Below, piece by piece: positions 18,408-28,478 of a DNA stretch of 33,666 bases (its first letter is position 1; each line of letters opens with the position of its first letter). Where the stretch lies: contig JBKOZJ010000186.1 of the NCBI GenBank assembly GCA_046725875.1, forward strand, positions 1 to 33,666. The letters are read 5' to 3'. The translations under genes were made by a program, and so were the position numbers. The notes under the pieces were generated by a model. That model searched no databases and was not told the DNA's origin. It worked only from the letters and a program-made list of their open reading frames with translations. This DNA is from Actinomycetota bacterium. GTDB lineage: Bacteria > Actinomycetota > Actinomycetes > JAKEEW01.

Positions 18408-19589
18408 TTAGTTCAGCAGCGCATCCACGAATGCGTCCCGCTCAAAGGGGGCCAGGTCGTCCGGTCCCTCACCGAGGCCGACAAGTTTGACCGGGACACC
18501 CAGCTCGCGCTGGACGGCAATGACTATCCCACCCTTCGCCGTGCCGTCCAGCTTCGTGAGCACGATGCCGGTGATGTCTACGACCTCGGCGAACACCCGG
18601 GCCTGGACCAGCCCGTTCTGGCCGGTGGTGGCATCGAGGACCAGGAGCACCTCGCTGATCGGCGCCTGCCGCTCCACAACCCGCTTCACCTTGCCGAGCT
18701 CGTCCATCAGTCCGGTCTTGGTGTGCAGGCGGCCGGCGGTATCGATGACGACCGCATCCACCCTTTCCGCCGTCCCCCGCCGCACGGCGTCGAAGGCGAC
18801 GCTGGCCGGGTCGGCACCTTCGGCGCCGCGCACGGTATGCGCGCCTACCCGCTCGCCCCAGGTCTGGAGCTGATCCACGGCGGCGGCTCGGAAGGTATCG
18901 GCGGCACCGAGCAGGACGTGTCTACCCTCGGCCACGAGGACGCGGGCGAGCTTCCCCACGGTCGTCGTCTTGCCGGTCCCGTTGACACCGACCACCAAGA
19001 TGACGGCCGGAAGGTCGGCGGAAGGCCGGTCGATGTGGATTCGGCGATCAAGGTCCGGGCCAATGGCGGAGAGCAGGTTCTCGCGAAGGATGCGGCGCGC
19101 CTCTTCGGGGTTCTTGATGCCCTCGACCCGAGCTTGGGTGCGCAACCCCTCGACGAGCTCCTTGGCCGGCCCGACACCGACGTCGGCCACGAGTAGGGTG
19201 TCCTCGATCTCCGTCCACGTGTCCTCGTCGAGCGTCTCCCTGGAGAGCAGCGACAGCAGGCTGCGGCCGAACGTTGACTGCGACCTCGCTAGCCGCGAGC
19301 GCAGCCGGACGAGCCGCCCGGCCGGCGCCTCGGGTCGCTCGACCGCCGGCGGTGCCTCCGGAACCTGATCCGGCGGGGCGGGCGCGGACGGTGCCTCGAC
19401 GGGTGCCGCTTCGGCCTCTTCAATGTCGGCGCTCGGTGTCTGGGCGGCCGCATGCGGGCGTTCAGGCGCGGCGACCTCGGGCGAAGCCGTCCGGCGCTCC
19501 GCGCGCGTGGTGCGCCGCGAGACGAGTAGTCCGACGCCCGCGGCGATCAGCACGACAACGGCTACTACTACATACACAACGGCATCCAT
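18408..19589 (-). CDS. ftsY: SRP receptor FtsY
   Basis: N-terminal TM (VVYVVVAVVVLIAAGVGLLV), GVNGTGKTT, DTFRAAA, DTAGRLH, TKLDGTAKGG; ATG 19589. Confidence 0.97.
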   Translation of the reverse strand: MDAVVYVVVAVVVLIAAGVGLLVSRRTTRAERRTASPEVAAPERPHAAAQTPSADIEEAEAAPVEAPSAPAPPDQVPEAPPAVERPEAPAGRLVRLRSRLARSQSTFGRSLLSLLSRETLDEDTWTEIEDTLLVADVGVGPAKELVEGLRTQARVEGIKNPEEARRILRENLLSAIGPDLDRRIHIDRPSADLPAVILVVGVNGTGKTTTVGKLARVLVAEGRHVLLGAADTFRAAAVDQLQTWGERVGAHTVRGAEGADPASVAFDAVRRGTAERVDAVVIDTAGRLHTKTGLMDELGKVKRVVERQAPISEVLLVLDATTGQNGLVQARVFAEVVDITGIVLTKLDGTAKGGIVIAVQRELGVPVKLVGLGEGPDDLAPFERDAFVDALLN

Positions 19590-19901
19590 GGTGGGACCAG
19601 TCTCCCAAAGCCTCAGCGTCCTAGTGCCGCGTGTTCGAGGTCCTTTGACGGTGGCCGGAGAACCGCGGGTGGCATGGCAGGGTCGCAGGGAGCCCAAAGT
19701 AGCAGCGCCGCCGCCTGGCAACGAGATCAGGCCGGACATCGCCGGCGAACCGCTGTGGTCGGCTTCCCCACCGAGCGAGATGTTGAACCAGCACCGGCGA
19801 AGACGCAGATCAGCTACACGTCAGCGAATCCTGGCTTAACACGCTCATGGGGCCGTATTCACCGGCTAGAGTGACCGGGCCGATTACCTGAAGGCTGGCA
19901 G

Positions 19902-20858
19902 ATGGGGATCTTCGCGCTCGTACGCAGCGGTGTGGCTACACCGGAGAACGCACGACCTGAGGAAACGATCAAAGAGCTCCTCACGACCGCGTTCCAACGG
20001 GACGGCGTGAAATTCACTTGGCTGGACCCTTGGCACCTCGACTTGGTCATGAACGGTCGATTTGTGTCCGCGAGCCTCAACGACATCGTGCGTACCTGGC
20101 GGCTCGCACCGGAGGCGCGGCGCGGCGAGGTCGTGGACCGCTGGGTGAACGCGACCCTCGCTTACCCGGACTGGCAGGCTCGGCGGGCCGAGATTGCCGA
20201 GACATATCCCCAGGCCAAGGGCCGCTTACTGTTGCGTCTGCAACCCGCGGGGATGGCCCGGCCCGAGCACGGCATCGTTCGGGAATATGCGCCGGGGATC
20301 GACGTGGCGCTCTTCCTCGATGTCGACCGGCCCGCGAACGGGCTGGCCAGCGCGGCAAGCCCGGTGACGAAGTCAGAGTTGGCCCGCTGGGCAACCCCAG
20401 AGCTTGACGTCCTCGCGGCGGCCCGGGCAAACACGCGGCGGGTCATCGAGCCATGGCATGTGGGCATCCAGGAGCTTGACCAGACCAGTCGGGTCTCGCT
20501 CGTGGTGTCCGAGGACAGCCGCGGTGCCTCGCCAGCACTGTTCCTCCCCGACCTGCTGCCGGCGCCAGCGCCCCACGGTGTGCTGCTCGCCGTACCGCAG
20601 CACGACACCGCAATGATCCATCTCATCGCCGACCAGCAGCGGACCGGCGTTGCCGTGCCCTGGATGGTGGCGCGAGCCGCGCAGATGTTCGCCGTTCTCC
20701 CGCACCCGGTCAGCCCGGAGCTCTACTGGTGGCAGGACGGCGACGTCACGCTGATCCCCGTGGAGCGCGGTGGCAACGACTGGGAGATCACCCCACCGGA
20801 GGAGTTCCGGACGATGTACGCGGCCCTGCCGGCCACGGCCGACGACTACGAGGCGTGA
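19902..20858 (+). CDS. Hypothetical protein (distant resemblance to DUF1444-like proteins)
   Basis: 318-aa globular-looking ORF with GC-biased third positions; LLAVPQHD...VSPELYWWQDG C-terminus; -10-like TAGAGT at 19867-19872; converges on the HAD gene with a 13-nt overlap. Confidence 0.75.
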   Translation: MGIFALVRSGVATPENARPEETIKELLTTAFQRDGVKFTWLDPWHLDLVMNGRFVSASLNDIVRTWRLAPEARRGEVVDRWVNATLAYPDWQARRAEIAETYPQAKGRLLLRLQPAGMARPEHGIVREYAPGIDVALFLDVDRPANGLASAASPVTKSELARWATPELDVLAAARANTRRVIEPWHVGIQELDQTSRVSLVVSEDSRGASPALFLPDLLPAPAPHGVLLAVPQHDTAMIHLIADQQRTGVAVPWMVARAAQMFAVLPHPVSPELYWWQDGDVTLIPVERGGNDWEITPPEEFRTMYAALPATADDYEA

Positions 20859-21499
20859 TTCTGTCCCGGGCTCGCCAGCACCGGCGCGATGGCTTCGCGG
20901 AGCGAATCGAAGCCGGTGTAGCGGACGGCAGACATGCCCACTGCCAACGCCCCCTCGAGGTTGGCCGGCGTATCGTCCACGAGCAAGCAGCGCTGCGGTG
21001 GGCAGTTCGCCTGTTCGGCGGCGGCTAGGTAGATCTCCGGGTTCGGTTTCACTGCGCCGATCCGCGCAGAGTTCACCACGCCGTCCACGGCCTGATCCAA
21101 ACCAAGGGCCGCTAGATCCATCTCGAGCCGGGTAGTCCCGTTCGTCACCAAGAGCACCGGCACACCGGCCTTACGTACAGCCTCTAGAAGCTCGAGCACG
21201 GCTTCGTCCACCCGCCCGATCGGTGCGCTCCACCTCGAGACCAGGTCCGCCGCGGCCTCGACGCCGTGCGTGGGGACGAAGGCCGCGGCCACCGACATCC
21301 GCCATCCGTCGTCATCGACCACGCCGACGACGGCGGGCAGGAGGCGCTCCGGCGCGAACGCGACCGCCGCGATCGCGCCCGGGGCCAGTCCGAACTCCGC
21401 CTCCACGTCGAGAACATCCCCGTCGTCCCATACCCGCAGCACGCCGTCGAGGTCGCACAGCAGCGCCTCGAACGGTCGCGGCAAAGGCTTGGCATCCAC
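20846..21499 (-). CDS. HAD-superfamily hydrolase (subfamily IA)
   Basis: Motif I DLDGVL, motif II VTNGT, motif III/IV VKPNPEIY...LVDD; -10 TAGGCT 6 nt before GTG. Confidence 0.92.
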   Translation of the reverse strand: MDAKPLPRPFEALLCDLDGVLRVWDDGDVLDVEAEFGLAPGAIAAVAFAPERLLPAVVGVVDDDGWRMSVAAAFVPTHGVEAAADLVSRWSAPIGRVDEAVLELLEAVRKAGVPVLLVTNGTTRLEMDLAALGLDQAVDGVVNSARIGAVKPNPEIYLAAAEQANCPPQRCLLVDDTPANLEGALAVGMSAVRYTGFDSLREAIAPVLASPGQNHAS

Positions 21500-21553
21500 G
21501 GCGCCAGCCTACGGACCTCGGCTGCGCCCGACGGCTTTCTGCAGCGAACCGTC

Positions 21554-24500
21554 CTAGTGTGCCGCTGGCGCGAGCGAGTTCTTCGTCGATCGCCTGGGCT
21601 TGGGGACAGTCTCGTCGGAGACATCGCGTAGGCGCTGACTGATGACCGTGGTCACGCCGTCGTTACGCATCGAGACGCCGTAGAGAGCATCTGCGATCTC
21701 CATGGTGCGCTTCTGGTGCGTAATGACGATGAGCTGGCTGGACTCCCGCAGCTCCTCAAGGATCTCCAGCAGCCGGCCGAGGTTGGTGTCGTCCAGCGCC
21801 GCCTCGACCTCGTCCAGTACGTAGAACGGGCTCGGCCGGGCCTTGAAGATGGCGATCAGTAGCGCAACAGCGACCAGGGCACGCTCGCCACCGGAAAGCA
21901 GAGACAGCCGCTTGATCTTCTTGCCCGGCGGCCGCGCCTCCACCTCGATCCCGGTCGTCAGCATGTCATGCGGGTCGCTGAGCGCGAGCCGGCCCTCGCC
22001 ACCAGGGAAGAGCCTCGCGAAGACTTCGCCGAACTCGCGGGCGGTGTCCTCGTACGCGGCGGCGAAGACCTGCTCGACCCGCTCGTCGACCTCTTTGATG
22101 ACGGTCAGCAGGTCCCGGCGGGTGTTCCTGAGGTCTTCAAGCTGCTCGGTCAGGAACTTATGCCGCTCCTCGAGGGCGGAGTACTCCTCGAGGGCGAGCG
22201 GATTCACCTTGCCGAGCAGCGCAAGCGTACGTTCGGTGGACTTGAGTCGCTTCTCCTGCTCGGCGCGGACATACGGACGTGCCTGTCCCTCGGGTCCCGG
22301 TTCCCCGGCAGGCGCGTCCTCCTGCCCAGGCTCAGGGAACACCAGCACCGGTTGCTCCGGCCCGTACTCCGCGATAAGAGACCTGACGTCGATGCCGTGC
22401 TCTTCGAGCGCGCGCTGCTCGAGTTGTTCGACGCGCATCCGCTGCTCGGCGCGGGCCATCTCGTCCCGGTGCACCGTGTCGGTGAGCTGCTCGAGCTCCC
22501 CGCCGAGCTGACGAATCCTGGACCTCAGGACGTGGACCTCTCCCTCGATGCGACCTCGGGCTCGCTCGGCCTGGTCCCGCTCGGTGCCGGCCCGATGCAG
22601 GGAGAGCTCGAGCACGGCCAGCGTGTGGGTCGCACCGGCCGCGACGGCCGCCGCCACCTTCGCCTCCCGGGCCTGGCGCTCGCGCCGGATCGCCGCCTCC
22701 GCGCGCGCCCCGCGCTCCTGCTCGGCTGCCCGGAGGAGGTGCTCGGCGCGTCCGCCAAGTGCGCGGACGCGCTCTTCAGCAGTACGGACAGCGAGCCGGC
22801 ACTCCATCTCCGCCTGGCGCGCAGCTGTGCATGCCGCAGCCAGACGATCGCGGTAGTCCGTGGAGGGTTCCTCATGATCGTCAGCCCCCGTGGCGGCCGC
22901 GAGCCGCTCCTGGAGCTCGGCCAATCCGTCGCGGTCGGCGTTGCGCGCCGTCTTCGCCGCCGCGATGGCGGTGGCGAGCCGTTCTGCCTCCCCCGCGGCG
23001 GCCCGGGCTGATGCTCCGAGCCGCGCGACCCGTTCTGCGATGGAGCGTTGATGGACGTCCGACTCGCTTATCCGGGCCGTGATCTCGTCGATCCGCGCGG
23101 ACTGCCGCTCCACGGCCTCCTCTGCCGCGGAGAGATCGGCCGCCAACCGTTTCGACCTAATCGCGACCGCCGCGAGGCGCTCTTCGGTCGTGTCGACCGC
23201 GGCCTGCACCTCGATGAGGCTCGGTGCGGAGGCTGACCCTCCGCTGCTGACGGCGCGGGAGACCAGATCGCCGTCGCGGGTAGCGACCCGAAGGTCGGGA
23301 TGGCGATCGAGCAGCCGCCGAGCCGCGACCAGATCATCGACGACCACCACGCGATGCAGCAAGCCGGCCAACGGCACCCGCAGAAGTTCGGGTGCCTCCA
23401 CGAGGTCGACGGCGTAGGTCGCGTCCGAGGGCAGCGACGGCCACCGGTCGCGCGGGTCCTCCGGCCGCTCCGAGTCGGCGCTTGCGTCGCCGGCACCCGC
23501 GATGAGGTGAGCGCGGCCCGCGTCCCCGGCCTTGAGCAGGGCGATCGAAGCAAGAGCGGTGTCGACGTCGCGGACCGCCACGGCATCGGCCACCGCGCCC
23601 AGCGCGGCAGCAACCGCGGCCTGGGCGCCGGCGCGTACTGTCAGCAGCGCGGCGACCGAGCCGAGCAGACCGTCGAGGCGGTCGGCGGCGAGCAGGGCAC
23701 CAGCACCGTCCTTGTGGGCTAGCCCGAGCTGGAGCGCCTCTTTCCGGGCGGCGAGCGCCGCTGCTTCCTTGGCCGCCGCGCGCTCCTGATCGCGGAGCTT
23801 GGCGACCTGCTTCTCGCCGGCGGCTCGTGCTGCCGTGGCCTGATCGTGCTCGACGCCGAGGTCTGCCGCGCTCCTGGCAAGCCCGGCGACCTGCGCCTGC
23901 GCCGCGACCAGGGCGGAGCCTGCCTCGTCTGCCCGCGCCCGCGCGTCACCGTGGACCGCGGCGAGTCGGCCGATCTCTGCCTCGGTAGCCCCGATCTTGC
24001 TCTCGAGCGCGCTGACCTGGCCGGCGAGGCGGGCGAGCCCCTCGCGGCGGTCGGCCCGCGCCCGCAGCAGGCCGGTGACGCGCCGTTCCTCTGCAGCGAA
24101 TGCGGCCTCGGTCTCGCTACGCCGAGTGATCGCGGCGGCCAGATCGGCTCGGTCGCGATCGGCCAGCTCCGCCAGGCTCGCTTCCTCGGCCCTGATCCTG
24201 GCGGCCGCTGCCTCCATGTCGTCGGGGTCGCCGCCCCGGCGGTCCTCCGCCGCCTCGGCGGCGAGGTGGCGGGCACGCTCGGCGGCGAGGCTCGCTGTGC
24301 CGCGCAACCGCTCGCGCAGGCTCGACAGGCGATACCACGTCTCCTGGGCCCGGGCCAGCCGCGGGGAAATGCTGGCCAGAGCTTCGTCGAGTTCCTGTTC
24401 CCGTGCCTTCGCGGCCGCGAGGTCGCGCTCCATGCCCGCGCGCCGCCCCCTAAGCGCCGTCTCGTCCGCGACCTCCTCGTCGAGCTGAGCCCGCAACTGT

Positions 24501-25204
24501 ACGAGATCGTCGGCGAGCAGCCGCAGCTTGGCGTCTCGCAGGTCGGCTTGAATGACCGAGGCTCTGCGCGCAATCTCCGCCTGCTTGCCCAGCGGTTTGA
24601 GCTGACGGCGAAGCTCAGCCGTGAGGTCCTGGAGCCGGGTCAAGTTGGATTGCATCGCGTCAAGCTTTCGCAGCGCCTTCTCCTTGCGCTTGCGGTGTTT
24701 GAGGACGCCTGCTGCCTCCTCGATGAACCCCCGTCGCTCCTCCGGACTGACCGACAAGATCGCATCGAGCTGTCCCTGGCCGACGACCACGTGCAGCTCG
24801 CGGCCGATGCCGGAGTCGGAGAGCAGCTCTTGGATGTCTAGCAGCCGGCACGCATTGCCATTGATCGCGTACTCCGAGCCACCGCTACGGAACATGGTCC
24901 GGGAGATGGTGACTTCTGAGTACTCGATCGGCAGCGCGCCATCGGTGTTGTCGATCGTCAGAACGACCTCGGCGCGGCCAAGTGGCGGACGTCCGGCCGT
25001 TCCCGCGAAGATGACGTCCTCCATCTTGCCGCCGCGCAGGCTCTTTGCGCCCTGCTCACCCATCACCCAGGCCAGCGCGTCGACGACGTTGGACTTGCCG
25101 GTGCCGTTCGGGCCCACCACGCACGTGATCCCAGGCTCGAAGTGCAGCGTCGTGGTCGACGCGAACGACTTGAAGCCTCGAAGTGTCAGGGTCCTCAAAT
25201 GCAC
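21554..25204 (-). CDS. smc: Chromosome segregation protein SMC
   Basis: MHLRTLTLRGFKSFA, Walker A GPNGTGKSN, Q-loop VGQGQ, coiled coils and hinge, LGKVNPLA, LSGGE, LDEVEAALD, ITHQ; SD GAGG before GTG 25204. Confidence 0.98.
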   Translation of the reverse strand: MHLRTLTLRGFKSFASTTTLHFEPGITCVVGPNGTGKSNVVDALAWVMGEQGAKSLRGGKMEDVIFAGTAGRPPLGRAEVVLTIDNTDGALPIEYSEVTISRTMFRSGGSEYAINGNACRLLDIQELLSDSGIGRELHVVVGQGQLDAILSVSPEERRGFIEEAAGVLKHRKRKEKALRKLDAMQSNLTRLQDLTAELRRQLKPLGKQAEIARRASVIQADLRDAKLRLLADDLVQLRAQLDEEVADETALRGRRAGMERDLAAAKAREQELDEALASISPRLARAQETWYRLSSLRERLRGTASLAAERARHLAAEAAEDRRGGDPDDMEAAAARIRAEEASLAELADRDRADLAAAITRRSETEAAFAAEERRVTGLLRARADRREGLARLAGQVSALESKIGATEAEIGRLAAVHGDARARADEAGSALVAAQAQVAGLARSAADLGVEHDQATAARAAGEKQVAKLRDQERAAAKEAAALAARKEALQLGLAHKDGAGALLAADRLDGLLGSVAALLTVRAGAQAAVAAALGAVADAVAVRDVDTALASIALLKAGDAGRAHLIAGAGDASADSERPEDPRDRWPSLPSDATYAVDLVEAPELLRVPLAGLLHRVVVVDDLVAARRLLDRHPDLRVATRDGDLVSRAVSSGGSASAPSLIEVQAAVDTTEERLAAVAIRSKRLAADLSAAEEAVERQSARIDEITARISESDVHQRSIAERVARLGASARAAAGEAERLATAIAAAKTARNADRDGLAELQERLAAATGADDHEEPSTDYRDRLAAACTAARQAEMECRLAVRTAEERVRALGGRAEHLLRAAEQERGARAEAAIRRERQAREAKVAAAVAAGATHTLAVLELSLHRAGTERDQAERARGRIEGEVHVLRSRIRQLGGELEQLTDTVHRDEMARAEQRMRVEQLEQRALEEHGIDVRSLIAEYGPEQPVLVFPEPGQEDAPAGEPGPEGQARPYVRAEQEKRLKSTERTLALLGKVNPLALEEYSALEERHKFLTEQLEDLRNTRRDLLTVIKEVDERVEQVFAAAYEDTAREFGEVFARLFPGGEGRLALSDPHDMLTTGIEVEARPPGKKIKRLSLLSGGERALVAVALLIAIFKARPSPFYVLDEVEAALDDTNLGRLLEILEELRESSQLIVITHQKRTMEIADALYGVSMRNDGVTTVISQRLRDVSDETVPKPRRSTKNSLAPAAH

Positions 25205-25395
25205 AGCGGGTTCCTCGGGCCGGGGACGCGGCCGCGGATCGGTGGACTGTCGCGGGCTACGCCCAGGTTCTCCTCGCCACACTGGCGCGTTCCTAACCCG
25301 ACAGTACCTATCGGCGCAGATGGATCGCTGGAAACAGCCGCTCTCGGCGTGCCGTGCCGGATGCCCGAGTGGCTGGGGCCGTCAGGACATGGTTC

Positions 25396-25423
25396 GAGGG
25401 GCGACCCCTTCGGGTTGCCCCTC
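25396..25423 (-). terminator. Hairpin GAGGGGCAACCC-GAAG-GGGTCGCCCCTC after the small ORF
   Basis: 12-bp stem (11 paired on the - strand) with a 4-nt loop, 46 nt after the stop at 25470; no U-tract. Confidence 0.6.
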
Positions 25424-25469
25424 GGTTAACGGAGCCCAGCTGCGTCCACTGCTGGCCGGCGATGCCGGT

Positions 25470-25661
25470 TCAGGTGAAGACTGGCTCCCGGTCCGAGACG
25501 TTGATCATTTCGCCACGGACAGCTTCGTTAAGTGCGTCGTTCTCGGCCTGTACCCGATCCAGCTCGCTCTCGAGCTCACGTACACGCTGCTGAAGACGAC
25601 GCATCTCGGCGAGTACTCGCGGGTCAGGCCCGCCGATGTGTCCGAGAAGCGCCTTCGCCAT
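25470..25661 (-). CDS. Small (63 aa) coiled-coil hypothetical protein upstream of smc
   Basis: MAKALLGHIGGPDPRVLAEMRRLQQRVRELESELDRVQAENDAL; strong SD GGAGG; heptad pattern; similar gene recalled at this position in streptomycetes. Confidence 0.85.
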   Translation of the reverse strand: MAKALLGHIGGPDPRVLAEMRRLQQRVRELESELDRVQAENDALNEAVRGEMINVSDREPVFT

Positions 25662-25748
25662 AGATGGGTCCTCCACGATGAGAGACCTGCTATTGATGGA
25701 CGCGCAGACACCCAAAACGTGTGTGCTTCTGTGGGTGCGCGGGCTTCT

Positions 25749-25795
25749 AGAGTCGCACGTAACGGCGCTCCGGTCAATAGTGACCGTTCCGTTAC
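25749..25795 (-). promoter_or_regulatory. Promoter TTGACC-N17-GACTCT with adjacent GTAAC-n6-GTCAC direct repeat
   Basis: -35 at 25772-25777, -10 at 25749-25754, 17-nt spacer; repeat at 25780-25795. Confidence 0.5.
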
Positions 25796-25946
25796 CGTCG
25801 TGTCTTCCCAGGTCACGGCGCTTCCGTAGTAAGCAGAATCCGATCAAACGCCGCAAAACGTACAACCGTCCGCGTTGCATGCGATGGCGTCGGTCCGCGG
25901 CCAAGCTCGGCGCCAAGCGACCGTGATCACGCTAACATCGTCCGCG

Positions 25947-26666
25947 GTGCCACGACATGTCCGCCGCCGTTCGCGGGCGGCTGCGATCCGCGTACTGGTG
26001 AGCGCCGCCATCGGCGCAACCGGTCTCGGTGTCGTGCTTGCCGGACCCGCCAACTCGCCGGGAGGTGCCACCCGGGGCCTGCCCTTCAATCAGGCCGACC
26101 GGGTGCCAGCGGCGATTGCTGCGCGCCCGGGTCCGGGTTTCGAGCCGGCGACCCGGGACGGCCGGGTCGGCCCGCCGCCTTCAGCTACTGCGGCACCGGC
26201 GCCGAGCTCCACCGCGACGAGCCGGCCGAAGCCGGCAGCGTCGGCTCGGAAAACTCCGCCGTCCTCGCCCACCGTCAGCGCGCGTACCCGGGTGGAGGAC
26301 GAAGTCGTCGCCCTGACCAATGCCGAACGCGACAAAGCCGGCTGTCCGACATTGCGAATAGACGAGCGCCTGCGCGATGCGGCGCGGGGCCACAGCGAGG
26401 ACATGGCGGAAAGGAACTATTTCGCCCACACTTCTCCAGAGGGCGTCACACCCTGGGACCGGGCCAAGGACGCCGGGTACCCGGACCCGTCGGGCGAGAA
26501 CATCGCCCGCGGCTACCCCGATGCTGAGACGGTTGTCCAGGCGTGGATGGAGAGCCCGGGCCATCGGGCCAACATCCTGAACTGCGACTCGCGGGCGATT
26601 GGCGTCGGCATCGAACTAGAGACCGGAGATGGGCCCTACTGGACCGAGATGTTCGGCTACTCCTAA
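25947..26666 (+). CDS. Secreted/membrane-anchored CAP (SCP) domain protein
   Basis: Basic N-terminus plus hydrophobic segment, Pro/Ser/Thr linker, VVALTNAER, AARGHSEDMA, YFAH, GENIARG, WMESPGHRANIL, YWTEMFG; GTG 25947 follows -10-like TAACAT. Confidence 0.92.
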   Translation: MPRHVRRRSRAAAIRVLVSAAIGATGLGVVLAGPANSPGGATRGLPFNQADRVPAAIAARPGPGFEPATRDGRVGPPPSATAAPAPSSTATSRPKPAASARKTPPSSPTVSARTRVEDEVVALTNAERDKAGCPTLRIDERLRDAARGHSEDMAERNYFAHTSPEGVTPWDRAKDAGYPDPSGENIARGYPDAETVVQAWMESPGHRANILNCDSRAIGVGIELETGDGPYWTEMFGYS

Positions 26667-26774
26667 CCAACGGAGCTGGGCCACCGGGGCGTGGCGAGGC
26701 TTGGAGCGCAACCTGGGGTCAAGAACGGGGTCGTCCCCCTCGGCCGGTTGAGGCGACCAAACCTCGTGCGATGC

Positions 26775-27695
26775 CTACCATCGGGCGCGGCGGGGTCTGG
26801 GCTGGCAACGGGGGCACGTGTAGGACGACCGGTTCATGAAGGAATCGCGCCGGATGGGGGTCCCGCACCGTGGGCACGGCTCGTCCGTGCGGCCGTACAC
26901 GGCCAGGGACCGGTCGAAGTAGCCGCTCTCGCCGTTCACGTCCACGTACAGGCGGTCGAAGGTGGTTCCGCCCTGGTCGATGGCGTCCCGCATCACTTCC
27001 CTGGCACCGACGAGGATGCGCTCGACCTCGACCCTGGTGAGGGTTTCCGTCGGCCGGGCGTAATGGAGCTTGGCCCGCCACAGTGCCTCGTCGGCGTAGA
27101 TGTTGCCGATGCCGCTTACGAGGGACTGGTCGAGAAGTGCTCGTTTGATCCCGGTATGGCGGCTCCGCAACATCCGGTAGAACGCGGCGTCGTCGAACCC
27201 CCGGTCGAACGGGTCCGGTGCGATGTGGGCGATCGAGCCGGGAAGCGCCGGTTGCTGACCGTTGCCCTCGAGAGGCTCGATGGCAAGGTTGCCGAAGGTG
27301 CGCTGATCGACGAAGCGAAGCTGGGGTCCGCCATCCGCGAACTGAACAAGGACCCGTAGATGCGGCTCCTTGGGCGCACTCGCGGTCACCAGCAAGAGTT
27401 GCCCGCTCATTCCGAGATGCGCGACCAGCGCTTCACCCGCGGGAAGGCTTGCGTTCGTCGCGCCGGTCGCCACCGGGGCGGAGTCCGGATCCGCGAGCGG
27501 CCACCAGAGGTACTTGCCGCGACGTTCCGGGGCCAGCAGCTGGCGTCCGGACAGCCGGGCGGAGAAGTCGGCGGACCCCGCGAGGTGGCGCCGAACGGCG
27601 CGCGGATGGAACACGCTTACCGATGTCACGACGCGGTTTCTGGTGTTCGGCCCCAGCCCCCGGCGAACGACCTCGACTTCGGGCAGCTCAGGCAT
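26775..27695 (-). CDS. mutM: Formamidopyrimidine-DNA glycosylase
   Basis: N-terminal [26 protein letters not shown]2[11 protein letters not shown], zinc finger CPRC...CPRC. Confidence 0.97.
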   Translation of the reverse strand: MPELPEVEVVRRGLGPNTRNRVVTSVSVFHPRAVRRHLAGSADFSARLSGRQLLAPERRGKYLWWPLADPDSAPVATGATNASLPAGEALVAHLGMSGQLLLVTASAPKEPHLRVLVQFADGGPQLRFVDQRTFGNLAIEPLEGNGQQPALPGSIAHIAPDPFDRGFDDAAFYRMLRSRHTGIKRALLDQSLVSGIGNIYADEALWRAKLHYARPTETLTRVEVERILVGAREVMRDAIDQGGTTFDRLYVDVNGESGYFDRSLAVYGRTDEPCPRCGTPIRRDSFMNRSSYTCPRCQPRPRRARW

Positions 27696-27751
27696 TGACG
27701 AAGTTCCGGTGGGCTTGCCCACTCGTCCGCGGGGCGTCCTGGAGTGGCGAG

Positions 27752-28462
27752 CTATGCATCGCGAGTCCCGAGCTGCTCCCGCAAGCTTGACCAGGCGGCC
27801 TCGGCCGCCTGCTGCTCCGCTTCCTTTTTGCTGCGGCCCCTGCCGACTCCGTAGGCGATGCCCCCCACGCGGGCGGATGCGGTGAACGTCTTGGCATGGT
27901 CTGGTCCGGTCTCGGTCACGATGTACTCCGGTACACCGAGCCCGGCGTTCGCCGTCAACTCCTGGAGGCTGGTCTTCCAGTCCAATCCCGCCCCCAGCCC
28001 AGCCGCGCCGATGATCACGTCGTCAAAGAGGCGATGGACCAGTGCCTCGGCCTCATGTAGGCCACAGTCGAGGTAGACGGCGCCGATGAGCGCCTCGAGG
28101 GTGTCGGCGAGGATCGAAGACTTGTCCCGTCCCCCGGTCGCTTCTTCGCCCTTGCCGAGCCGGAGATAACTTCCAAGATCGAGCGTTCGGCCGACCTTGG
28201 CAAGCGCTCGCATATTGACCACCGCGGCCCGCAGCTTTGCCAGCTGGCCTTCTGGAAGATCGGGATGGTTGCGGTAGAGCGTGTCGGTAACGACAAGGCC
28301 GAGCACAGAATCGCCAAGGAACTCCAGCCGTTCGTTGGTTGGCAGGCCGCCGTTCTCATATGCATAGGACCGGTGCGTCAGTGCGCGTTCGAGCAGCGCA
28401 GGGTCGAGGGAGTAACCAAGAGCCGCCTCGAGCTGCGCGTAGGGCGACGTCCTTGACCTCAC
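27752..28462 (-). CDS. rnc: Ribonuclease III
   Basis: [29 protein letters not shown], ds[11 protein letters not shown]...[10 protein letters not shown]; start taken as GTG 28462 after the rpmF stop. Confidence 0.97.
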   Translation of the reverse strand: MRSRTSPYAQLEAALGYSLDPALLERALTHRSYAYENGGLPTNERLEFLGDSVLGLVVTDTLYRNHPDLPEGQLAKLRAAVVNMRALAKVGRTLDLGSYLRLGKGEEATGGRDKSSILADTLEALIGAVYLDCGLHEAEALVHRLFDDVIIGAAGLGAGLDWKTSLQELTANAGLGVPEYIVTETGPDHAKTFTASARVGGIAYGVGRGRSKKEAEQQAAEAAWSSLREQLGTRDA

Positions 28463-28478
28463 ACCGGCCGGCAAGCGG

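Noticed and set aside
21554..25204. SMC as a Wadjet/MksB-type defence system
   Set aside because: Canonical housekeeping SMC motifs in the mutM-smc-ftsY context; no jetABD/mksFEG genes adjacent.
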